This document shows, piece by piece, positions 1-9,500 of a stretch of 64,000 nucleotides of DNA (position 1 is its first letter; every line of letters starts with the position of its first letter). The notes under the pieces are model-generated. The model was not told the DNA's origin and did not search any database. It worked only from the letters and a program-made list of their open reading frames with translations. The position numbers and the translations under genes are program-made. Source of the stretch: an uncultured bacterium (GTDB lineage Bacteria; Eisenbacteria; RBG-16-71-46; CAIMUX01); contig CAZWSC010000047.1 in the NCBI GenBank assembly GCA_964636385.1, positions 33,576 through 97,575 of the forward strand, read 5' to 3'.

Positions 1-1592
1 TCATCATCTTCGCGATCCTTCTGGTCATCGCACCCCGATCCATCCGGACTGGGCTGGGGGGATTTGCTGGAGTCCGGAGGAGGCGCATGCAACAGCATCC
101 GGACCAGTTCCAGGTTGTGCTTTGCGTCCCGATCCGCCGAAGCCAGCCTGAGGGCGGACTCGTACGCCTCGAGTGCACCCTCCAGGTCTCCGGCCCGCGC
201 CCGTGTATTGCCCAGGTTGTAGAAAGCGGATGCTGCCAGCTTCGGATCATCTGCGAACAGTGCCTGCATGAGAGACTCCTCGGCCGGCTTCAGCTCTCCA
301 GTCCTGTGCAGGGCCGTCCCCAGGTTGTAGCTCCCCCGCGGATCATCCGGCCGTTCCCGGGAGTATCGCTCGTACTCATCGCGGGCCTCGTCGAACCGCC
401 CTGCCTCGAATGCCTCCCGCCCCGGATCCGACGCCCGGGCAATCGACGCACACGGCCACGACGCCGGAAGCAGCGGGACAGCAGCTGTCAGGGCGAGAGC
501 CTGCAGCAACGAAGCCAGCAGGATGAGCAACCCCCTGGCGGCCATTGCCCGGGAGGCGGACCGCCGCCGCGCGACACCCGCCCTGCCCCGGCGCGGGCGA
601 CGGCGCTCTCCAAGCAGCGCGTCCAGGATCAGCAGGAAGAGCGCCGCTGCAGCGAAGTACCCGAAGCGATCCTCGTGCCGGATGCTCAGCGCGCCCTTCA
701 GCTCCTTTCCTTCCATGCCCGAGATCTCCGCGTAAAGCTGATCCAGCGCCAGGCCGCCTGCGCTGCCGTCGAGATACCGCCCCCCCGTCTCGGCGGTGAT
801 GCGCCGGAGAGACGCATCGTCGAGGCGCGTCAGCACCACCTCGCCCCGGGAGTCGCGCCTGTAGTCGATGATCGCCCCGTCGGCGCCGCGCGCCGGGATC
901 GGCTCGCCCTTTGCGGATCCGATACCCACGGCGAAGATCCTCACCCCCTGATCCCTGGCCTCCCGGGCAGCCTGCATCAGGTTCCCTTCGTGATCCTCTC
1001 CGTCGGTGATCAGAACCAGCGCCTTGTGCTTCTTCTCGCCGGGATCGAACGCCCTTGTCGCAGTCCGGATCGCCTCCGCGATGGCGGTGCCGGGTACCGC
1101 CATCAGGTCCGGCTCCATGAACCGCAGGAACATCCTGGCCGCGGCATAGTCGAGGGTGAGCGGGCACTGAACGAACGCCTCCCCCGAAAAGGCGACAAGC
1201 CCGATGCGATCGCCCCGCATCCTGTCGATCAGCGAGTGCACCGCCTGCCGCGCCCTGATCAGCCTGTTGGGGGCAAGATCCTCGGCCAGCATGCTCTCCG
1301 ACAGGTCGAGCGCCACTATGACATCCACCCCGGTGCGTGTCACTGCCAGGGTCCTGCTGCCGAACTGGGGCCGGGCGGCCATCAGCGCGAGGGAGGCTAC
1401 GGCGGTGACTGTCAGCAGCCCCTTCCAGAGCCGCCGGGTGCCGTTCGTGTCCGGCACAAGCCGGCCCCAGAGCCCGGTCCCGCACCAGCGGGCAAGATCG
1501 CGCCTGCGCTTCGAGTGCGCGGCAGCCAGGAGAAGGCCCAGCAGGGGAACCAGGGCCAGCAGCCACAACCACTGGGGCTCACCGAAGCGCAT
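1..1592 (-). CDS. BatB-like VWA + TPR protein; the 3' end runs off the left window edge
   Basis: Absent from the ORF track because there is no stop in the window. Hand translation of the minus strand from ATG 1592-1590 gives MRFGEPQWLWLLALVPLLGLL (TM helix). It continues to GVDVIVALDLSESM (VWA MIDAS DxSxS, checked in frame). Near 100-240 it reads AFYNLGNTRARAGDLEGALEAYESALRL (TPR). It lies 16 nt downstream of the batA-like gene. Confidence 0.8.
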   Translation of the reverse strand, partial: MRFGEPQWLWLLALVPLLGLLLAAAHSKRRRDLARWCGTGLWGRLVPDTNGTRRLWKGLLTVTAVASLALMAARPQFGSRTLAVTRTGVDVIVALDLSESMLAEDLAPNRLIRARQAVHSLIDRMRGDRIGLVAFSGEAFVQCPLTLDYAAARMFLRFMEPDLMAVPGTAIAEAIRTATRAFDPGEKKHKALVLITDGEDHEGNLMQAAREARDQGVRIFAVGIGSAKGEPIPARGADGAIIDYRRDSRGEVVLTRLDDASLRRITAETGGRYLDGSAGGLALDQLYAEISGMEGKELKGALSIRHEDRFGYFAAAALFLLILDALLGERRRPRRGRAGVARRRSASRAMAARGLLILLASLLQALALTAAVPLLPASWPCASIARASDPGREAFEAGRFDEARDEYERYSRERPDDPRGSYNLGTALHRTGELKPAEESLMQALFADDPKLAASAFYNLGNTRARAGDLEGALEAYESALRLASADRDAKHNLELVRMLLHAPPPDSSKSPQPSPDGSGCDDQKDREDD

Positions 1593-1607
1593 GCGGTCCT
1601 CCCGGCC

Positions 1608-2594
1608 TCACGGCAGCCTCCTCAGCAGGGTTGCGCCCAGGATCATCTCCAGCAGAAGCAGTGCAAGCACAGGGATCGCAAGGCGTGAACCGAACTCGGA
1701 GTAGTTCACCCACTCCCTCACCTCCGCCTCCACCTTCTCCATCCGGTCGATCTCACGGAAGACGTCATCCAGGGCCCGCGCATCGACCGCCCTGAAGTAC
1801 CTGCCTCCCGTGATCTCCGCCATCCTTGTCAGGCTCTCCCCGTCGACATCAGCCGGCAGGCTCACGTACCTGCGGCCGAACACGGGGTCATCCACCGGGA
1901 AGGGCGCCTCTTCCAGCGCCCCTATCCCCACGGTGTGTACGCGAACATCCAGAGAGCGGGCCAGTTCGGCGGCGGTAATCGGGTCGACGGCTCCGGCGTT
2001 GTTCACCCCGTCTGTAAGGAGGATCAGGACGCGGCTTCCGCCAGGAACGTCCTTCAGCCGGTTGACGCCGTTGGCGACAGCCATGCCGATCGCCGTTCCG
2101 TCCGGGATCTCACCAAAGTCGACCTCCTCGAGCAGCCTCAGCAGCACCTCGTAGTCAGTTGTCAGAGGGCAGTGCGTATAGCTGTTGCCGGCGAAGACAA
2201 CCAGGCCGATCCGATCGCTCACACGCCCCCTGATGAACTGCGCCGCGAGATTCTTCGCGACGTGAAGACGATTCTCCGGCTTGAAGTCTTCGGCGCGCAT
2301 ACTGCCCGATACATCCAGGGCCAGCACGATGTCCACACCTTCGCTTCGAACCTCGATCTCGGTCTCTCCGAACCGGGGCCGGGCAAGCGCAACCAGGAGC
2401 AGTGTCAGGGAGAGGACCCTCAACCAGGGCAGGACCCAGCGCCACCTGCCGCGGCTGCCCGTGGCCCCACCGAGCAGGTCAAGGCTCGAGTACCTTGCAG
2501 CCGGAACGAGGGCCCGGCGCCTCCTCCACTGGTAGAGCACCAGCAGGAGAGGGATCGGCAACAGGAGCAGCAGCCAGGGCTGGGCGAAGCTCAT
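1608..2594 (-). CDS. BatA-like von Willebrand factor A domain membrane protein
   Basis: The track ORF is 1608..2651. The preferred start is MSFAQPWLLLLLPIPLLL at 2594, which forms an ATGA overlap with the upstream gene's stop. VDIVLALDVSGSM (MIDAS), N-terminal TM helices and a C-terminal TM helix are present. Confidence 0.85.
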   Translation of the reverse strand: MSFAQPWLLLLLPIPLLLVLYQWRRRRALVPAARYSSLDLLGGATGSRGRWRWVLPWLRVLSLTLLLVALARPRFGETEIEVRSEGVDIVLALDVSGSMRAEDFKPENRLHVAKNLAAQFIRGRVSDRIGLVVFAGNSYTHCPLTTDYEVLLRLLEEVDFGEIPDGTAIGMAVANGVNRLKDVPGGSRVLILLTDGVNNAGAVDPITAAELARSLDVRVHTVGIGALEEAPFPVDDPVFGRRYVSLPADVDGESLTRMAEITGGRYFRAVDARALDDVFREIDRMEKVEAEVREWVNYSEFGSRLAIPVLALLLLEMILGATLLRRLP

Positions 2595-3640
2595 TCCTCC
2601 TCCCTTCCTGCAGCCGATGAAGACGGCGGGGGCGTTGTCCCGCACACCCACTCCGCCGCCCGCTCACCATAGTCACGGGCCTCGTCCAGCAGCCGGTCGA
2701 GCTTCGCGAACTTGACCAGGTCCCCCTCAGCCAGCCACTCATCGAGATCACGCAGCCTGTCACTGCTCAGCGACTCGATCCGCCGGGCCCGGCTCATAAG
2801 CTCGGTGCGCGTCTCCTCCACTGCGGGGATCATGAAACGCCCCTCCATGTAGGCGCGCAGCAGAAGCGAGATCTCGCCGTAGAACTCCTTGATGCGGCCC
2901 GCCTCCGGAAGCCGCTTCGACTGGAGCGCCCTGTACCCGCGTTCGAAGGCGATCTCGGGAGGGAGCGGTGGATCGGGCGGCCGCAGGATCTGCGGGATGG
3001 ATCTCCGGCTCAGCCTCGATACCAGGCGCAGAAGCAGCCAGAGCAGCAGCGCAGCTCCTGCAGCGATCAGCACCCAGAGCCACCAGGTCGGCCTGGCCAG
3101 CGGTACGACTCCCCGGAGGTCGCGCAGATCCTGAAGCCCCGCCCCCTCCTCCAGCAGGGAACCGACCGCCAGATCCACAGGGCTCGACCATGCGACAGCA
3201 GTGTCCCCGTCATCGCTCACCCACAGCAGGGGCAGGGCGGGTAGTGTCAGGCCGCCCGTCCTGAACGCAGTCACCCGGTCCCGGCGCTCCAGCTGAACAA
3301 GGCCCCCGCGCCCCCTCTGTCTGACCGCACCGGTCTCCAGCACGGCCAGAGGGCCGAGGCTGTCCGCAGACTCAGGCAGGATCAGCCGGGCTCCCTCGGG
3401 CCCGGAGGCGCTTATCTCGAGGTCGATCGGATCGCCCACGAGGACCGAGTCACGGGAGAGGCTGACACGGAACGACAGCTCCCGGCTTGGCGCCCATTGA
3501 GCCGCCGCCGGCGCAGCGCAGATGGCCCACAGGACCGGGAGGAGCCGGAGCGCATGACGGACCCCGGGCCGCGCGAAAACGGGCCGGGGATACGGCCGCG
3601 GTTCCATGCCGGCGGCTGTGACTGCGGCCGGCCCGTTCAT
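2591..3640 (-). CDS. Bat-operon membrane protein: signal peptide + BatD-like extracytoplasmic region + TM + DUF4381-like C-terminal region
   Basis: 349 aa. Signal-like LRLLPVLWAICAAPAAAQW, a central TM helix WWLWVLIAAGAALLLWLLLRLV, and a C-terminal ...EFYGEISLLLRAYMEGRF...GDLVKFAK typical of DUF4381. ATGA overlaps at both ends (3637-3640 and 2591-2594). Confidence 0.65.
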   Translation of the reverse strand: MNGPAAVTAAGMEPRPYPRPVFARPGVRHALRLLPVLWAICAAPAAAQWAPSRELSFRVSLSRDSVLVGDPIDLEISASGPEGARLILPESADSLGPLAVLETGAVRQRGRGGLVQLERRDRVTAFRTGGLTLPALPLLWVSDDGDTAVAWSSPVDLAVGSLLEEGAGLQDLRDLRGVVPLARPTWWLWVLIAAGAALLLWLLLRLVSRLSRRSIPQILRPPDPPLPPEIAFERGYRALQSKRLPEAGRIKEFYGEISLLLRAYMEGRFMIPAVEETRTELMSRARRIESLSSDRLRDLDEWLAEGDLVKFAKLDRLLDEARDYGERAAEWVCGTTPPPSSSAAGREEE

Positions 3641-4692
3641 CGCCCCTGCGCCCTTCGCCTGGCTCTTCCGCGGAAGTAGCGGTAGACGGGCTCCAGGTAG
3701 TCACCATCCATGGGCAGGAAGATCGGCTGGATCCCGAGAGCCCGGAACCTCCCCGCCAGGGTCTCCTCGCCCACAAGCTCGTCCCTGGAGCGGCGGAGTG
3801 CGGCACGTACCGCCGGGCTGCTCGTGTCGACCAGCATCCGCTTCCCCGTCTCGAGATCCTCCAGCTCGATCAGGCCGACTGCGGGAAGGGCCCGCCCGGA
3901 CGGCCTGCGATCCTGGAGGATCGGCTCGTATCCGTCAATCTTCTCCGGCGCCGGATCGGGCAGCTCGGCAGGATCGACGAACACGAGGGGCACGACCTCG
4001 TGTCTTCGCGACACCACCGACAGCGGGCGAAGGTAGCCGTGATCCAGGAAGTCCGACAGGATGAAGACGATGCTCCGTCGCTTCAGCACGCGGCCGATCT
4101 GCCTTATCGCGCCTGCAAGGTCGGTTCCGCGCCCCTCCTCACCACCCGACAGCACGTCGCGCACAACACGCAGGGCGTGGCTTCGGCCCTTCCGGGGCGG
4201 AATCCACTTCTCCCTTCCCGATGCGAAGAGGAGACAGCCCACCTTGTCCTGGTTGGATACGGCCGAGAATGCGAGGACGGCGGTCAGCTCGGCGGCCATC
4301 TCAGCACGCGTGCGGGATCCCGATCCGAACTTCATCGACCCCGACTGGTCGACCAGGAAGACGACCGTCAGCTCCCTCTCCTCCTGGTAGACCTTCACGA
4401 AAGGCTGCCGCAGACGGGCGCTGACATTGCGGTCGATGAGCCGCACGTCATCGCCGGGCACATACTCGCGGACCTCCGCGAACTCGATCCCCTGCCCCTT
4501 GAATGTCGAGTGGTACTCCCCGCTGAATAGATCACGCACAAGGCGCAGGCTTCGGATCTCTATCCTGCGCACACCGCGCAACAGGCGCAGGGCTTCGTCC
4601 TCGTCAGCCTCCGCCTGTCTGCGATCGCGCTCCTCGAGCCATGAGCGCGTGCGCCTGCCTGTCTTCCAGGGGAACTCCACGGACGGCACCAT
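3637..4692 (-). CDS. DUF58 family protein (MoxR-associated, VWA-like)
   Basis: The track ORF is 3637..4809. The start is moved to MVPSVEF (ATG 4692), just after the MoxR stop at 4697. GEYHSTFKGQGIEFAEVREYVPGDDVRLIDRN is the classic DUF58 signature. Confidence 0.85.
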   Translation of the reverse strand: MVPSVEFPWKTGRRTRSWLEERDRRQAEADEDEALRLLRGVRRIEIRSLRLVRDLFSGEYHSTFKGQGIEFAEVREYVPGDDVRLIDRNVSARLRQPFVKVYQEERELTVVFLVDQSGSMKFGSGSRTRAEMAAELTAVLAFSAVSNQDKVGCLLFASGREKWIPPRKGRSHALRVVRDVLSGGEEGRGTDLAGAIRQIGRVLKRRSIVFILSDFLDHGYLRPLSVVSRRHEVVPLVFVDPAELPDPAPEKIDGYEPILQDRRPSGRALPAVGLIELEDLETGKRMLVDTSSPAVRAALRRSRDELVGEETLAGRFRALGIQPIFLPMDGDYLEPVYRYFRGRARRRAQGR

Positions 4693-4696
4693 CCCG

Positions 4697-5683
4697 CTAC
4701 GGCACGGCCACGTGCTCGAGTATCTCGCGGGCGAGATCCTCGGACGTGACCTCCTTGGCCTCGGCTTCATACGTGGGCAGGATCCTGTGCCGGAAGACAT
4801 CCATGGCAAGCGCCTTCACATCCTCCGGGGTCACGTATCCCCTGCCCTGGAGGAATGCGTGCGCCTTCGCCCCCGTGATCAGGAAGAGCCCCGCCCTTGG
4901 TGAGGCGCCGAATGCGATCATCTCCGACAGCTTCAGGCCGTAGTCGGCCGGCCTGCGCGTGGCGGAGACAAGGTCGAGGACATAGCCGCGGATCTTGTCA
5001 TCCACGTAGATCATCCGCACGGCATCCCGGGCCTGTCCGATCCGTTCGGGCCCGGCCACCCTGCGCACCTCCGGAACCGGGGCCCCGGTCATCCGCTCGA
5101 GGATCACGGCTTCCTCGTCCCTGCTGGGATAGTCGACCTTGACCTTCAGCATGAAGCGGTCGACCTGCGCCTCGGGCAGGGGGTAGGTCCCCTCCTGTTC
5201 GATCGGGTTCTGTGTTGCCAGGACCAGGAACGGCCTGGGGAGCGGGAAGGTCGATGACCCGATTGTGACCTGTCGCTCCTGCATCGCCTCCAGCAGGGCG
5301 CTCTGGACCTTGGCGGGCGCGCGGTTGATCTCGTCTGCCAGGACGAGGCCCGCGAATATCGGCCCCTTGCGCGTGTCGAAGTCGCCGGTCTTCGGGTTGT
5401 AGACCAGGGTTCCCGTGAGGTCAGCCGGGAGCAGGTCCGGCGTGAACTGGATCCTCGCGAAGGGGAGATCCAGGGCCTCTCCCAGTGTCTTGACCGCTAG
5501 TGTCTTCGCCAGCCCGGGAACCCCCTCGAGAAGCAGGTGGCCATCCGAGAGGAGCCCGACAAGCAGACGCGTCGTCAGGTTCTTCTGCCCCACGATAATC
5601 TTGCCGACCTCGCTCAGAACGTCCTGGGCGAAGCCGGCCTCCTTCTCGATCACTGCCTGTATCTGCCTGATGTCAGGATGCAC
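4697..5683 (-). CDS. moxR: MoxR-type AAA+ ATPase
   Basis: GQKNLTTRLLVGLLSDGHLLLEGVPGLAKT (Walker A), LADEINRAP (Walker B) and LEAMQERQVT. The track ORF extends to 5857. I place the start at GTG 5683, preceded by GGGAGGAGGAGG, which gives ~328 aa, the normal MoxR length. Confidence 0.9.
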   Translation of the reverse strand: MHPDIRQIQAVIEKEAGFAQDVLSEVGKIIVGQKNLTTRLLVGLLSDGHLLLEGVPGLAKTLAVKTLGEALDLPFARIQFTPDLLPADLTGTLVYNPKTGDFDTRKGPIFAGLVLADEINRAPAKVQSALLEAMQERQVTIGSSTFPLPRPFLVLATQNPIEQEGTYPLPEAQVDRFMLKVKVDYPSRDEEAVILERMTGAPVPEVRRVAGPERIGQARDAVRMIYVDDKIRGYVLDLVSATRRPADYGLKLSEMIAFGASPRAGLFLITGAKAHAFLQGRGYVTPEDVKALAMDVFRHRILPTYEAEAKEVTSEDLAREILEHVAVP

Positions 5684-5740
5684 GCGCCTCCTCCTCCCGT
5701 CTGTAGCACGCCCTCCCGGCGCCGTTCCCGGGTTGCAACG

Positions 5741-5768
5741 GCAAAGACGGCCAGGCCGTCCGGCCGTC
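5741..5768 (-). terminator. Candidate intrinsic terminator after the HIT gene
   Basis: GACGGCC (5746-5752) pairs with GGCCGTC (5762-5768), a 7-bp GC stem. On the minus strand it is followed by TTTGC. Confidence 0.3.
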
Positions 5769-5905
5769 GGTTCTCCTTGGATTTGCAGGGTGATCGGCCC
5801 AACGCTGGATCCGGGCCAGTGGTGCATACTCATCAACCCCCGGCGAAGTTCCCGCACGGAGCAGGTCCTGCCGGACCGCGCCGGCAGGAGAGCGGGTCGC
5901 CGCGA

Positions 5906-6250
5906 TCATCCCGGAGGCCAGCCCATCGCCCTTCCCCCCAGCAGGTGCCAGTGGATGTGGAAGACGACCTGCCCCGCAGCCTCCCTGCAGTTGACGATCG
6001 TCCGGTACCCCTCTTCCGCCACACCCAGCCCGGCTGCGATCTTCGGAATCCTGGCCCATATCCTCCCGATGAGGGGAGCGTCATCGGCGTCGAGATCATC
6101 CAGTGTGGCTATGTGCTTCCTGGGGATGATCAGCACGTGAACCGGGGCCTGCGGATTCAGATCGTGAAACGCCACCAGATCCTCATCCTGTGACACGATC
6201 TGCGCGGGTATCTCCCCCGACGCGATCCTGCAGAAGATGCATTCCGACAT
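5906..6250 (-). CDS. HIT (histidine triad) family nucleotide hydrolase
   Basis: 114 aa. CIFCRI, HVLIIPRKH and the HIHWHLLGG histidine triad. The ATG start was verified. Confidence 0.9.
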   Translation of the reverse strand: MSECIFCRIASGEIPAQIVSQDEDLVAFHDLNPQAPVHVLIIPRKHIATLDDLDADDAPLIGRIWARIPKIAAGLGVAEEGYRTIVNCREAAGQVVFHIHWHLLGGRAMGWPPG

Positions 6251-6268
6251 GGTCCATACCTCCGTGTG

Positions 6269-7144
6269 TCAGTGCCCGGGCCGCAGGCCTTCACCAGACC
6301 CGCCGCCATCAGGCCATCCCACCCACTCGATCCCATCCCTGTCGCGGAAACGCCCGGCCATCACCTCCATCGCGTCGCGGTTGTTGTCCACGAGGATGAA
6401 CCGCCTTCCAAGGCGCAGACACGCCTCTCCGGTGGTGCCGCTCCCTGCGAAGAAGTCGAGCACAAGGCCGCCCGGAGGAGATGACACAGCCACTATCCGC
6501 TCCAGGATTCCCAGCGGCTTCTGTGCCGGATAGCCGGTGCGCTCCGTGCTGTTCGTGGGCACGATCGTGTGCCACCAGGTGTCGGTCGGAGTCTTGCCCC
6601 TCGCAGCCTTCGCGGGCCCTACCAGTCCGGGCGCCATGTAGGGGATCCTGCCCGTGGCCTCGATGTCGAACCATGCCTGCCGGGGATCCTTGACGTACAC
6701 CAGGATGTTGTCATGCTTCGCAGGCCATCTCCTACTGGATCTTCCGCCGTAGTCGTAAGCCCAGATGATCTCGTTGAGGAACCTGTCGCGGCCGAAGAGC
6801 GCATCGGCAAGAACCCTGCAGTAGTGCGCCTCGCGGTAGTCGAGGTGTATGTAGAACGATCCCGTCGGAGCCAGTACCCGCCAGGCTTCCTCCAGGCGCG
6901 GCTCCAGAAAGGCGAGATAGTCGCCGTACAGGTCGGCAAAGGAGCGCGTGCCCAGGGCGATGCTGCGGTACCGCTCTCCCTGGAAACCGACACGGGGGCC
7001 GTCGGGATCGCGGATTGTGCGAAGGCCTGTGTGTCTTCTCTCCCTGCCGGTGTTAAAGGGCGGATCGATGTAGATCAGGTCCACAGATTCCGCAGGGATC
7101 CTGCCCAGGGCATCCAGGTTGTCGCCGAAGTGGATCCTGTGCAC
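6269..7144 (-). CDS. Beta-class N6-adenine/N4-cytosine DNA methyltransferase with no adjacent restriction enzyme
   Basis: LIYIDPPFNTG (motif IV) near the N-terminus and VLDFFAGSGTTGEA (motif I, FxGxG) near the C-terminus. This is the permuted IV-then-I order of the beta class. GTG start at 7144 verified. It lies 18 nt upstream of the HIT gene. Confidence 0.85.
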   Translation of the reverse strand: MHRIHFGDNLDALGRIPAESVDLIYIDPPFNTGRERRHTGLRTIRDPDGPRVGFQGERYRSIALGTRSFADLYGDYLAFLEPRLEEAWRVLAPTGSFYIHLDYREAHYCRVLADALFGRDRFLNEIIWAYDYGGRSSRRWPAKHDNILVYVKDPRQAWFDIEATGRIPYMAPGLVGPAKAARGKTPTDTWWHTIVPTNSTERTGYPAQKPLGILERIVAVSSPPGGLVLDFFAGSGTTGEACLRLGRRFILVDNNRDAMEVMAGRFRDRDGIEWVGWPDGGGSGEGLRPGH

Positions 7145-7170
7145 CGGAGGGCACCCCTCTCCCCGGACGA

Positions 7171-7677
7171 TCAGCCGCCCTTCCTGCCGGATGACTTCGC
7201 CGCCGCATCGATCCCGGCCAGCAGCCTGGGCATGGCCATCTGCAGTAGCTCCTCGAGTTCGTGGCAGGTTCTGGAGTAGAAGGATCTGTCCCCGCCATAC
7301 GGATCCTCAACCCCGCCGGCATCGCCACCCTCCGGGTCCGCGTACGTAGTGATCACGTGCGCCGCGCCGTCGGCTTCAGGCACCTCCGTCAGAACCTCCT
7401 CGAGATGGGACGGCTCCATGGTCAGTATCAGGTCGGACTCGCGGATCATGTTGCCGTCGAGCTGCGAGGCCTTGTGGCCGCTGATGTCCACGCCGCGCTC
7501 CCGGGCTGCCCGCACGGCATTGGCGGAAGCGGGATCTCCAGCGGCGCCCCACGTTCCGGCCGATCGAACCTCCACCCTGTCTCCAAGGCCCTGGCGCTTG
7601 ATCAGCCGCCGGAGGATTCCCTCCGCCATGGCGCTCCTGCACACATTGCCTGTGCATACGATAAGGATCCGATACAC
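7171..7677 (-). CDS. Low-molecular-weight protein tyrosine/arginine phosphatase
   Basis: ILIVCTGNVCRSAMAEG (CX5R(S/T) P-loop) and VEDPYGGD (DP motif). GTG start at 7677 verified, preceded by GGAGGA. Confidence 0.9.
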   Translation of the reverse strand: MYRILIVCTGNVCRSAMAEGILRRLIKRQGLGDRVEVRSAGTWGAAGDPASANAVRAARERGVDISGHKASQLDGNMIRESDLILTMEPSHLEEVLTEVPEADGAAHVITTYADPEGGDAGGVEDPYGGDRSFYSRTCHELEELLQMAMPRLLAGIDAAAKSSGRKGG

Positions 7678-7868
7678 AACTCCTCCATGGATTGGCGGTG
7701 ATCTGTGCAGACTATTCAGCTGTTGCGGGCCTCGTCAAGAGCCTGAGGCTGATCCGGCCGGGATTTCGCCGGAGAAGGCCGACACCACCGGTGAGTCCGC
7801 GTCACCCAGGACACTGCGGGGCTGCGGATGGCCGTCCTCGCCCGGATTACGCCGCGGAGCATCGCCGG

Positions 7869-9500
7869 TCAATCCGCATCGTTCCTGATCCACTCCAGGT
7901 GCATGATGCTGTCCCGGTTGAGCAGATGCGAGCCCGGCATCGTCTCGCCGGTCGCCCTATAGTTGCGGTCCTGAAACGCCCCGGCCAGGCCGGCAACCCA
8001 GATCGCCGTGACAAGCGCGAGAACTGCGGCAGGCGGCCCCGCGCTCCGCGGACCAAAGAGAGCCGGGGTCTTCCTCCACGAGGCGGGCAGGAAGGCGCCC
8101 GTCTTCTGCGCCGCCCACGCAAGCGCCGCACCCTGGATCCCGTGGATCCAGGGAAGCAGGAGAGCCCCCTGGCGCACGTAGCCGAAGAATGCCACCGTCG
8201 TACCGAGAATCAGAAGTCCGGGCAGCGCGGCCTGGATCAGGAAGATGCGCCCCCGAAGGCCGGAGCGGCCCAGGATCAGCCAGATCCCCGACAGCAGAAG
8301 GACCAGGTGCACTGGTACTGCCCACGCGGAATCGGGCGAGAAGATGTCGACGGGGTATCTTGTCCCGCGCAGACCTCCAGGGAGGTTCCATTCACTCCAC
8401 CCGAGCCGGAGGAAACGCGCCATTAGCGCCAGCTTGCGGCCGGCGAGCGACAGGAATGCCCCAGGCTCACGCAGGATGAACTCCAGACCCCGCGAGTATC
8501 CGTTCAGAAAGAGATCCCGGTGCCCTGGATCACGCAGATCCAGAACAGGCGTCGTGAGCCCGCTCGTGAGGGCATTGCGTGTGAAGTAGCCCGGCGCGCC
8601 GGGATGGTTCGCCAGCCCGAAGTTGAGTGGTCCGTACGCCGTCGTGACGACGAAGACCGGAAGCGGCCTGACATCCCGCGGGGTCGACTCGTTGATCTCG
8701 CGGATCGTGACCGCATTCCGAATCGTCCATGGCAGCAGAACCAGTGCCATGACGCATGCGGATGCAGCCCAGAACGACGCAGCGACCGGCCCGGCTGCGG
8801 GGCCCCCTCGTCCGGCCGGGCGATCACGCCGGAAACGCGCGCGGCGGCCGTGTCTCAGAGACAGCACCAGACCCCAACCCAGCAGGAGAACCGCCACACC
8901 GATCCCCTCGGCGCGTGTCAGTGAGGCAGCGCCCAGGGACAGGCCGAATGCGCCGGCCCGGATCCAGGCTGCAGGCCCCTGGCGGGAGTCCTGTGACTGC
9001 GGCCAGGCCAGGCCCGTGAACAGCAGCATCGATGCGAGGAGGAGTGTGAGGTATACACCCTCGCTAACCGCGGCGATCGAGAAGACCTGAAGCCCGAAGG
9101 AGTAGACACAGAGGAGCGCGCCTGCGAGCGCCGCAGGTTCACCCACAGTGCGCCGGAGAAGCACCCAGAGCAGAGGAATCTGCAGGGAGGTCAGCGCCGC
9201 CAGCACAAGGCGCACGGCGATGTGCGGCCCCGGCGCTCCCAGCAGACCGTGCAGGAAGGCCAGCAGATGCGGAAATAGCGGCGGGTGGAAGGGAATCCCG
9301 CCGTCATAGACCTGGCCCGCCAGAATCGCCAGAGAGTGGCGGAAGAAGGTCTCGGTATCCCCCTCGTAGAAGATCGTGAACGGCCAGGAGCGGTCCCTGT
9401 TCCCCAGGAGGAGAAAAGCGCGGTGTGAGAACGCCAGGAACCAGAGCCCTGCTGCGATCAGGAAGGAGCGGGAGGCCGTGCGTGGCGCCCGCTCCTTCAC
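7869..9500 (-). CDS. Polytopic membrane protein, ArnT/PMT-like (GT-C fold) glycosyltransferase candidate
   Basis: 543 aa with more than 10 predicted TM helices and a periplasmic-looking C-terminal part. The overall layout resembles GT39/GT83 enzymes. GTG start at 9500 overlaps the tsaC stop (GTGA). The family call is tentative. Confidence 0.55.
   Translation of the reverse strand: MKERAPRTASRSFLIAAGLWFLAFSHRAFLLLGNRDRSWPFTIFYEGDTETFFRHSLAILAGQVYDGGIPFHPPLFPHLLAFLHGLLGAPGPHIAVRLVLAALTSLQIPLLWVLLRRTVGEPAALAGALLCVYSFGLQVFSIAAVSEGVYLTLLLASMLLFTGLAWPQSQDSRQGPAAWIRAGAFGLSLGAASLTRAEGIGVAVLLLGWGLVLSLRHGRRARFRRDRPAGRGGPAAGPVAASFWAASACVMALVLLPWTIRNAVTIREINESTPRDVRPLPVFVVTTAYGPLNFGLANHPGAPGYFTRNALTSGLTTPVLDLRDPGHRDLFLNGYSRGLEFILREPGAFLSLAGRKLALMARFLRLGWSEWNLPGGLRGTRYPVDIFSPDSAWAVPVHLVLLLSGIWLILGRSGLRGRIFLIQAALPGLLILGTTVAFFGYVRQGALLLPWIHGIQGAALAWAAQKTGAFLPASWRKTPALFGPRSAGPPAAVLALVTAIWVAGLAGAFQDRNYRATGETMPGSHLLNRDSIMHLEWIRNDAD

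Noticed and set aside
87-1688. 533-aa plus-strand ORF and the 398-aa minus-strand ORF (376..1572) over the left end.
   Set aside because: Both are Arg/Pro/Gly/Ala-rich with no motifs. The third minus-strand frame encodes a clean VWA + TPR protein (MIDAS DLSES motif, TPR repeats). These are high-GC shadow ORFs.
6269-7144. The methyltransferase as part of a restriction-modification, BREX or DISARM-type defence island, possibly with the UvrD-type helicase at 34080.
   Set aside because: There is no endonuclease, PglZ/PglX, specificity subunit or integrase nearby. The helicase is 27 kb away in a housekeeping array and has the normal PcrA layout.
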